Of a stretch of DNA of 5,999 nt, positions 1-5,999 are shown in pieces (within the stretch, counting starts at the first letter, position 1; each line of letters begins with the position of its first letter). This DNA comes from Octopus sinensis. Taxonomy: Eukaryota. Position numbers and translations under genes: made by a program. Under the pieces are notes generated by a model. That model ran no database searches, was not told where the DNA came from, and saw only the letters and a list, made by a program, of their open reading frames with translations. Location: contig NW_021829723.1 of assembly GCF_006345805.1 (NCBI RefSeq), positions 1-5,999 on the forward strand, read 5' to 3'.

Positions 1-247
1 CTTGCAGAGAAAAGAAATCTACTAAATATGTATTTATAACATGACAACCAAAAAAAAATATACCAGACTTGCACAGAACCAGATATTAATGATGGTCAAA
101 GATCTCCAAAGTCTACATAATGCCATTATTGAATGACGTTATAAAGCAACTTTTCAGATTCTGCAATATAATGTTTGCTCTTCGCTCCCTCTATCGGTAT
201 ATTCCTTAAGTACTTTTATGCCAAAATGCTTTTTTTTGTTCGTTAGT

Positions 248-282
248 ACGTAATCCGAAAGGTGCACGTAATCCGAAAGGTG
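248..282. repeat. Tandem duplication, period 18 (ACGTAATCCGAAAGGTG x2)
   Basis: Identical 17-mers at 248-264 and 266-282, separated by one C. Confidence 0.95.
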
Positions 283-300
283 AACAGGTCTGAATGCAAA

Positions 301-573
301 ATTCTTTTATTCTTTTACTTGTTTCAGTCATTTGACTGCGGCCATGTTGGGGTAGCGCCTTTAGTCGTGCAAATCGACCCCAGGACTTATTCTTTGTAAG
401 CCTAATACTTGTTCTATCGGTCTTTTTGCCGAACCGCTAAGTTAAGGAGACGTAAACGCACCAGCATCGATTGTCAAGCGATGTTGGGGGGATAAATACA
501 GACACACAAAAATGTACACACACACACACACACACATACACGCATATATATATACATGTGTGTGTGTGTGTGT
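301..573 (-). mobile_element. SINE family A, 3' half plus internal microsatellite
   Basis: Reverse complement closely matches ~1965-2170 (e.g. ttttacttgtttcagtcatttgactgcggccatg, gccgaaccgctaagt, ttgtcaagc). Ends in CA/TA/TG runs at ~515-573. No tRNA head directly adjacent. Confidence 0.9.
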
Positions 574-637
574 ATAAAATTTTCAGAGTGAGATAAAAAT
601 ACAAAGCTGTGAAAGATTTTAGAACATTTATGAATAG

Positions 638-685
638 GTTTTACAGCTGTTTCCGGGATATTTTATATATCCCTTCATCGAAGAC
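638..685 (-). ncRNA. Degenerate minimal type I hammerhead ribozyme (Penelope-type)
   Basis: Minus strand reads GUCU-UCGAUGA-A-GGGAUAU-AUAAA-AUAUCCC-G-GAAA-CAGCUG-UA-AAAC. It has a 7-bp helix II, GAAA, palindromic ACAGCUGU and a GUA triplet. The core is UCGAUGA instead of CUGAUGA and helix I has a mismatch. Confidence 0.65.
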
Positions 686-889
686 GGTGTGAGAAAATGG
701 TTAAGCAATAGATACTTTAGATAAGAGAGTGAAGTGGAAGAATGAAAATAGATGTGAGATATGCAGGGATATTGCATCTGTAGATCCATTATCTGGGCAG
801 AATGGTAAACATATAAGATTCCAGTACCTTGTGAGTAAGTTCCAATAGTATTTAAAATTGGTCATTCTAAGTATAGAGTTTGTACACGG

Positions 890-934
890 TGTTATTGAAT
901 CGAGGGTTTAAATAAAACCCTCGATTCAATAACA
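890..934. repeat. Perfect 20-bp inverted repeat with 5-nt spacer
   Basis: tgttattgaatcgagggttt (890-909) / aaata / aaaccctcgattcaataaca (915-934). Confidence 0.97.
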
Positions 935-1077
935 TGCTTTTCGAGGCTGCTCTGAGTTGTGCCGATATAATGTAGGATAAATATAGTAATAACAAAAATC
1001 TATGGATGGTATTCATAATTATTTTAAAGCATCGCCGTGCGCGGTAATTTGAAGAAATACGCGTAGCGATGTATTAT

Positions 1078-1082
<5 letters not shown>

Positions 1083-1160
<78 letters not shown>

Positions 1161-1182
1161 TGTGTGTGTGTGTGTGTCTGTG
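1083..1182. repeat. Compound microsatellite (TG)29(TGCG)5(TG)n
   Basis: Read directly: TG 1083-1140, TGCG 1141-1160, TG 1161-1182 with one interruption. Confidence 0.98.
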
Positions 1183-1349
1183 TATGACGGGTATCTTTTA
1201 GTTTCTGTCCACCAAATTCACTGAAAAAGTTCTAGTTGGCTTGGGGCTCTAGTAGAAGTCACTTTCCCGAGGTGCCGCGAAGATGGAAAGAAGTTAAGAC
1301 CATATAATTTAGAAGCATGCTTTTTAGCCACACGGCCGTGCCTGTTCCT
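1183..1349 (-). mobile_element. SINE family A, diverged 5' half (tRNA-related head)
   Basis: Reverse complement aligns loosely with 1749-1912: gacggg..ttagtttctgtccaccaaattcact ... tagtagaagtcactttcccgaggtgcc ... ccacacggccgtgcctgttcct. Confidence 0.75.
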
Positions 1350-1748
1350 GGGACATCTTTTTTATGAAACTATTTACTAAAAATATTTTGTAACAAGTAA
1401 AATCATATTAAGCTTCATTAAAATCATTTTTAGCTCATATTCGAGTAAAATGGCGAATTCAGCCAATCAATTTCTTGTGGTACTACAGAGATTATCATTT
1501 TCAAGTATAAAACACATATCAAAATGCAAAAGAACCAAATAAGAAAACTGATCTAATATTTCCGCTAACAGTATATATATATCGCTGGCAATTTGTCAAA
1601 TTCTATAATAACATATTTGATCTTTGCCTCTTGTCTCTTCACAAATATATTTTTTTATGTGTTCTTATTATCCAAAAACTGTCTTACTAAATCGATGTAT
1701 GCACTTGAATAACACTAGATTAAAATAAAGATGTGAAAAATAAAGATA

Positions 1749-2172
1749 GGCGCAGGAGTGGCTGTGTGGTAAGTAGCTTGCTAACCAACCACATGGTTGC
1801 GGGTTCAGTCCCACTGCGTGGCATCTTGGGCAAGTGTCTTCTGCTATAGCCCCGGGCCGACCAATGCCTTGTGAGTGGATTTGGTAGACGGAAACTGAAA
1901 GAAGCCTGTCGTATATATGTATGTATATATATATATATATAATATGTGTGTGTGTGTGTTTGGTGTGTCTGTGTTTGTCCCCCTAGCATTGCTTGACAAC
2001 CGATGCTGGTGTGTCTACGTCCCCGCCACTTAGCGGTTCGGCCAAAGAGACCGATAGAATAGTACTTATCTGGGCTTACAAAGAATAAGTTCGCGGGTCG
2101 ATTTGATCGACTAAAGGCGGTGCTCCAGCATGGCCGCAGTCAAATGACTGAACAAGTAAAAGAGTAAAAGAG
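1749..2172 (+). mobile_element. SINE family A, full-length tRNA-derived SINE (Octopus-like)
   Basis: A-box-like TGGCTGTGTGG (1759-1769), B-box-like GGTTCAGTCCC (1802-1812), internal (TA)n/(TG)n at ~1912-1958, 3' hairpin CAGTCA-AA-TGACTG (2137-2150) and (AGTAAAAG)2 tail. Four other homologous segments in the window. No clear target-site duplication. Confidence 0.93.
1759..1812 (+). promoter_or_regulatory. Internal RNA polymerase III (type 2) promoter of the SINE
   Basis: A-box-like 1759-1769 and B-box-like 1802-1812 with tRNA-like spacing. Confidence 0.7.
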
Positions 2173-2609
2173 AGAGAGAGTGAGTATGTGTATATATCGT
2201 TTATAGTATAAGCTAATAACTTAGAATACTACAAGTATTTTTCCCCCCAGAAGTTTTCTGCTTTTAGATTTTTTTTTATATATTCAACACACATATGGTT
2301 CTGAAAGGCGGAGGTAGACCATCAGACGTCGTTGTTTAGATTTAGTATCGTCTCCTCGATGACGGATATCTTCGGCTATTCCGAGTTATGTTCCTGTGTA
2401 GACAATAGCAAAATCAAACACAGGCTGCGTTGTGCGGAAGCTGTCTAGGCTTCCTATGAATCGATATGCTCACTGGAAACAGCATTAGGTTAAAATGAAT
2501 AGGCGTATATGATTATATCATTTATAGGGTATACACAAACGAAGAAAGAAACTAGATGTGGGTTTTTTTTAATATTTGTTCCGGAAAACATATTAGAATT
2601 AATATTATT

Positions 2610-2700
2610 TTTATATATATGAAAGGTATAGATGAAAGGTTGGAGCTCAACAGATTTGAACTCAGATGGGCGAAATTCTAATAAAAATAAAACTTGCCGA
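2610..2700 (-). mobile_element. Highly decayed SINE family B fragment
   Basis: gatgaaagg...ctcaacagatttgaactcaga (to 2666) resembles 3835-3873; the remainder is barely alignable. Confidence 0.4.
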
Positions 2701-2908
2701 TAAAATAAAGTTCCTGTCTGGAACTTGTGGTAACTGTCTCGACTAACACTCTCCACTCAAAATTGAAGCGGGTTTTTTTTTTTGCCTAAATTACAAACAA
2801 TTTTTAAGAATTAAATATTTTGCACTATAAACAAATCTTATCGCCATAGCATGATACGAATTAAGAACCCATTGGCATGTAATAAAATAAAAGTTTACAG
2901 AAAGACTA

Positions 2909-3071
2909 TAATGGTTTCTAACAAAGGCGCAAGGCCGCAAACTTAAGGGATCGGGTTTGTTCATTAAATCCATGAAGGGCAATCTTCAATCTCAACAGAA
3001 TTTGAAATCAAGGTATAAAGAAATGTATGGGCAACTGGCACGAGACATTTTATCGCAAAATTCTGCCGCCT
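2909..3071 (-). mobile_element. Decayed, internally deleted SINE family B copy
   Basis: taatggtttc..aggcgcaaggcc, atgaagggcaa, gaatttgaaatcaa, catttt and ttctgccgcct occur in the same order as the landmarks of 3718-3945. Confidence 0.65.
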
Positions 3072-3102
3072 CAGATTAGAAGATAATAATTGCTAGAAAC
3101 GT

Positions 3103-3204
3103 AGACATAGGTAAGTAACTTGCTTACCAACCACATGGTTCTGGGTTCATTCCCACTGCGTAGCACCTAGAGCAAGTGTCTGAAAGAAGTCCGTCGTATA
3201 TGTG

Positions 3205-3246
<42 letters not shown>

Positions 3247-3457
3247 GTGTGTGTGTGTTGTGTCTATGTTTGTCCTCCCAATATCGCTTGACAACCGATG
3301 CTAGTGTGTTTACGTCCCCATAACTTAGCGGTTCGGCAAAAGGGACCGATAGAATAAGCACTAGGCTTCCAAAAAATAAGTCCTGGGGGCGACTTGCTCG
3401 ACTGAAGGCGGTGCTCTAGCATGGCCGCTGTCAAATGCCTGAAACAAGTAAAGAGTA
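3103..3457 (+). mobile_element. SINE family A copy lacking the A box, with a 57-bp internal deletion
   Basis: High similarity to 1768-2165 from position 3110. Junction caagtgtct|gaaagaag at ~3181 skips the equivalent of 1840-1896. Internal TA/TG microsatellite at ~3197-3262. Confidence 0.92.
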
Positions 3458-3461
3458 TATA

Positions 3462-3656
3462 GCCAAGAATTTGAAGTAGTGAAGTGGAATCAATCGATTA
3501 TATCGACACCAATACATGACTGGTACATTTTTGAACACGGCGGGATAAAAGATAATGGTTAATCTCGTCGGATTTGAAATTCCAACATATAAAAACAAGA
3601 GAAATTGCTGCAAGGCATTTTATTCAAAGCTGAAATGATAATTCTAATCCACTTCT
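3462..3656 (-). mobile_element. Decayed SINE family B copy
   Basis: tcgattatatcgacaccaatacatgactggtac, ggataaaag, ctcgtcggatttgaa and gaaattgctgcaaggcatttt are collinear with 3780-3910. Confidence 0.75.
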
Positions 3657-3717
3657 AAAGAAAGACTGCAAATAAGATGATTTTTACAGGTAGAAATACA
3701 GAAATTCTTTGTAAGAT

Positions 3718-3945
3718 TAATAATAATTGGTCTCAAATTTTGGCACAAGGCCCGCCCGCAGGTTTTGAGGAGGGAATAAGTCGATTACTTCGATCCCAGT
3801 GTTCAACTGGTACTTATTTTATTGACCCCGAAAGGATGAAAGGCAAAGTCGACCTCGGCGGAATTTGAACTCAAAGCGTAAAGACGGGTGGAATGCTGCT
3901 AATCATTTTGTCCCGCGGGCTAACAATTCTACGAGCTCGTAGCCT
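3718..3945 (-). mobile_element. SINE family B, near full-length tRNA-derived SINE with conserved central domain (MetaSINE-like, from recall)
   Basis: Minus strand has a head starting AGGC, B box GAGTTCAAATTCC (plus 3860-3872), central GTCGACTTTGCCTTTCATCCTTTCGGGGTCAATAAAATAAGTACC (plus 3809-3853) and an (ATT)n tail (plus ~3718-3727). Confidence 0.88.
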
Positions 3946-5031
3946 TTTCGGCGGGTTTTTATTAAAAACCGATTAATACTTTCATATATCCAGCGTTTCA
4001 GTCATATATTAAACCGATCTATGCCCAGTGTTGATGTAAATACTGAACGAATTTTTTTTTCTCTGAAAATGAGGTCAATATTTTCTCCAAAAATATAATC
4101 TTATTAACAACTTATTTCAGACATTTAAGCATTTATTCTCGATAAAAAATTACCAATTAAGAAATCCTTAAGTGGCACTGTTCTTTCTTCAAGCTATACA
4201 GGTGGAAGACTGTAGATTCCAGCATAGAGGTAAAGAAATAAACAAAACCACTTGCCAATTAATTCTACAGCCTAACCATTTCTTTCAGTGATAATCTCTG
4301 TCACGTGATAATTCTTTTCAGTTGAATGGATCGAGTCGTTGACAGTCAAATGATTTCGACTTAAATACAATACAGCCCCGAGAAACAATATACGCGCATT
4401 CTGATCAACATTTTGTCCCATTATCGCCTATAGTAACATCATCGCTTAGTTTAACTTAATTAGGGAGTTCCATAAATCAGATTTCCTTAAAACTTATTAC
4501 TGGCAAAAAAGATAATGGCCTACCAAAAAAAAAAATCCTAGAGCACTGCGAAATAAGGTGCCTGTTAATAAAACTTAATAAAAATGGATTTTTATTCTTT
4601 AAAAATACGCTATTCGCTATTTTCTAAATAATAAATCATTTTAATATAGGAAAACAGTTTTTTTAAAATTTCATTTAATGTTTTATTTGAATTGAAGCAG
4701 CAGAGGTTGAACATAAAATATTGTTAAAGCGTACACAATTTTTTTTTTTTAAATCGTATGAGGGTTCCATAACAAAATATGTTTGGGGAAACATATCGAT
4801 TAATCATTGATCTCTGGATGCCACATCACCCCCATTGAATGCAAAAGGGAAAGCCAACTTGAAAGAACATATCTCTCTTCAAACATACAAGAGTTATTGA
4901 ACTCGGCGCTATTTCAAGAGCCCACATTAATTCATTTCTAGCCTGGGTAGCTATTTACTCACAAATGAGTAAATATTTTGTTTACCGTTTTCGATATCGG
5001 ATGAAGCGTTTTCGGTATCGCTCGGAATATC

Positions 5032-5092
5032 CGGGTTATTCGTTCCTGAGGAGACCAAATAATGTCGAAACATCGTGTCCAGCGATCCACTG
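5032..5092 (+). ncRNA. Type I hammerhead ribozyme, copy 1
   Basis: CUGAGGA 5046-5052; helix II GAC/GUC (5053-5055/5064-5066) with loop CAAAUAAU; GAAA 5067-5070; helix III ACA/UGU with UCG loop; GUC triplet 5077-5079; helix I UCGUU/AGCGA (5040-5044/5081-5085) with a C-C mismatch next to the core; internal loop GUUAU/UCCA; distal CGG/CUG. Confidence 0.8.
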
Positions 5093-5271
5093 ACGTTCAA
5101 ATCGAATCTCAGTTTGTAACCCACAAGTGTCTTCGAGAAATTTTCTCTGTGACAAAATATTACAGCTAATTCTGGTCCACGTTTATATACATAGTTTTTT
5201 CACAAATCTGTAAATGTTTTGTTTACGATTTCTGTATCGAAACAAGCATTTTCAGTTTAGCTTAGAAAACC

Positions 5272-5333
5272 TAGAGTATTCGTCACTGACGAGACTGAAT
5301 TATATCGAAACAGTGTGTCCGGGCATTCTATTG
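5272..5333 (+). ncRNA. Type I hammerhead ribozyme, copy 2 (core intact, helices I and II degenerate)
   Basis: CUGACGA 5286-5292; GAC..AUC helix II with one mismatch; GAAA 5307-5310; ACA-GUG-UGU helix III; GUC 5317-5319. Helix I pairs poorly. Confidence 0.65.
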
Positions 5334-5627
5334 ACGTTCTGAGCGAAGCCGTGTGTCTTTAACACACAAATCCCTTTCAGAAGTTTTTCTAAGGCAAAAT
5401 ATTACAGCTAGTGCCGTATCGAGTTTGTATACATATTATTAATGTTATACAAACCCTTATATAATAACTCATACACCAATCTCACAGTAAAGTCGTCAGT
5501 CGTTTTTTATACTGTAGTATGTGTCTATAACTAACTAGACAGATTGAATCATCTGTCTTAAACATAAACATGACTTATTGCTTAAGATAGGACTCGAACT
5601 GACATTTCCTGTGCTTGTTTGGCAGTA

Positions 5628-5760
5628 TATTGACCCTAATATTTATTTTTTAAACCTGGTATTTATTCTATCGGTCTCTTATGCACTGCTAAGTTAGGAG
5701 AGACATAAACAAACCAACAACAACTTATAGCGGTTGGGGGACAAAGACAATCACAGAAAT

Positions 5761-5797
<37 letters not shown>

Positions 5798-5999
5798 CAT
5801 ACATACATACATACATACATACATACAATACATACACAAACACACATATATATAAATATGAATATACGATAGGCTTCTACGCAGTTGCCGTCTCCCAAAT
5901 TTACTCACAAGGCATTCGTTGACCAGGAGCCGACGAAGGAATTAAATGCAAGACACTTGCCCAAGGTACCACATAGTGGGATCGAACCCGAACAACCAC
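5628..5999 (-). mobile_element. SINE family A-related diverged copy, running off the window end
   Basis: ttattctatcggtctctt..gctaagtta, internal CA/TACA microsatellite, actcacaaggcatt, aagacacttgcccaagg, and a consensus B box GGTTCGATCCC on the minus strand (plus 5978-5988). Confidence 0.88.
5761..5852. repeat. Compound (AC)n(AT)n(ACAT)n microsatellite inside SINE
   Basis: Read directly from the sequence. Confidence 0.95.

Larger units (their letters stand above)
574..1000 (-). mobile_element. Probable Penelope-like element (PLE) remnant; boundaries approximate
   Basis: Minus strand has a minimal hammerhead-like motif with palindromic helix III (638-685), the type found in PLE pseudo-LTRs. 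Upstream on the same strand, a short frame (999..892) reads IFVITIFILHYIGTTQSSLEKHVIE, weakly GIY-YIG-like. Confidence 0.5.
4959..5435 (+). mobile_element. Diverged tandem dimer of ~240-bp hammerhead-containing units (candidate non-LTR retrozyme)
   Basis: Shared landmarks 240-241 nt apart: tcacaaat 4959/5200, ttttgtttac 4976/5217, tattcgt 5037/5277, ctgaNgagac 5046/5286, tcgaaaca 5065/5305, caaaatattacagcta 5154/5395. About 70% identity by eye. Confidence 0.8.

Noticed and set aside
248-282. CRISPR-like repeat
   Set aside because: Only two adjacent copies, no spacers, and a eukaryotic context.
1749-1825. tRNA gene
   Set aside because: A/B boxes are present, but there is no proper cloverleaf and the sequence continues into the SINE body.
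1720-1989. 89-aa minus-strand ORF
   Set aside because: Antisense read-through of SINE family A and its microsatellite (HTHT/YIYI low complexity); a typical spurious protein.
2490-2982. ORFs 2490-2756 and 2791-2982
   Set aside because: Short, AT-rich, with non-ATG starts, no recognisable domain, and overlapping decayed SINE B pieces.
3167-3868. ORFs 3167-3361, 3431-3613 and 3677-3868
   Set aside because: All lie largely in SINE copies, and the peptides are translations of repeat sequence.
4180-4235. Possible 36-nt micro-exon (ttcttcaag|...gag|gtaaag)
   Set aside because: Splice-like signals this weak are common, and there is no recognisable peptide or supporting exon.
4343-4353. CAGTCAAATGA matching the SINE A 3' hairpin
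   Set aside because: Isolated 11-mer with no flanking similarity; likely chance.
5460-5499. CTGACGA on the minus strand (plus 5493-5499) as a further hammerhead
   Set aside because: No downstream GAAA or helix III at a suitable distance.
5537-5600. 8-bp hairpin (5537-5558) and minus-strand B-box-like AGTTCGAGTCC (5590-5600) as a tRNA or ncRNA
   Set aside because: No cloverleaf or convincing A box; at best a decayed SINE head.
5663-5922. Overlapping ORFs on both strands
   Set aside because: Open only because of stop-free microsatellites inside a SINE.

Overview
AT-rich, non-coding animal DNA dominated by repeats. The SINEs resemble, from recall rather than a database search, abundant Octopus/cephalopod families. 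No credible protein-coding gene is present: the supplied ORFs run through SINEs, microsatellites or AT-rich filler. There are two tRNA-derived SINE families. Family A has an internal microsatellite (one full-length copy at 1749-2172, four partial or deleted copies). Family B has a GCCTTTCATCCTTTCGGGGTC-type central domain (best copy 3718-3945, three decayed copies). The main unexplained structure is a diverged head-to-tail ~240-bp dimer (~4959-5435) in which each unit carries a type I hammerhead ribozyme core, i.e. a candidate non-LTR retrozyme. A second, degenerate minimal hammerhead (638-685, minus strand) lies in a probable Penelope-like remnant that also holds a perfect 20-bp inverted repeat and a GIY-YIG-like peptide trace.
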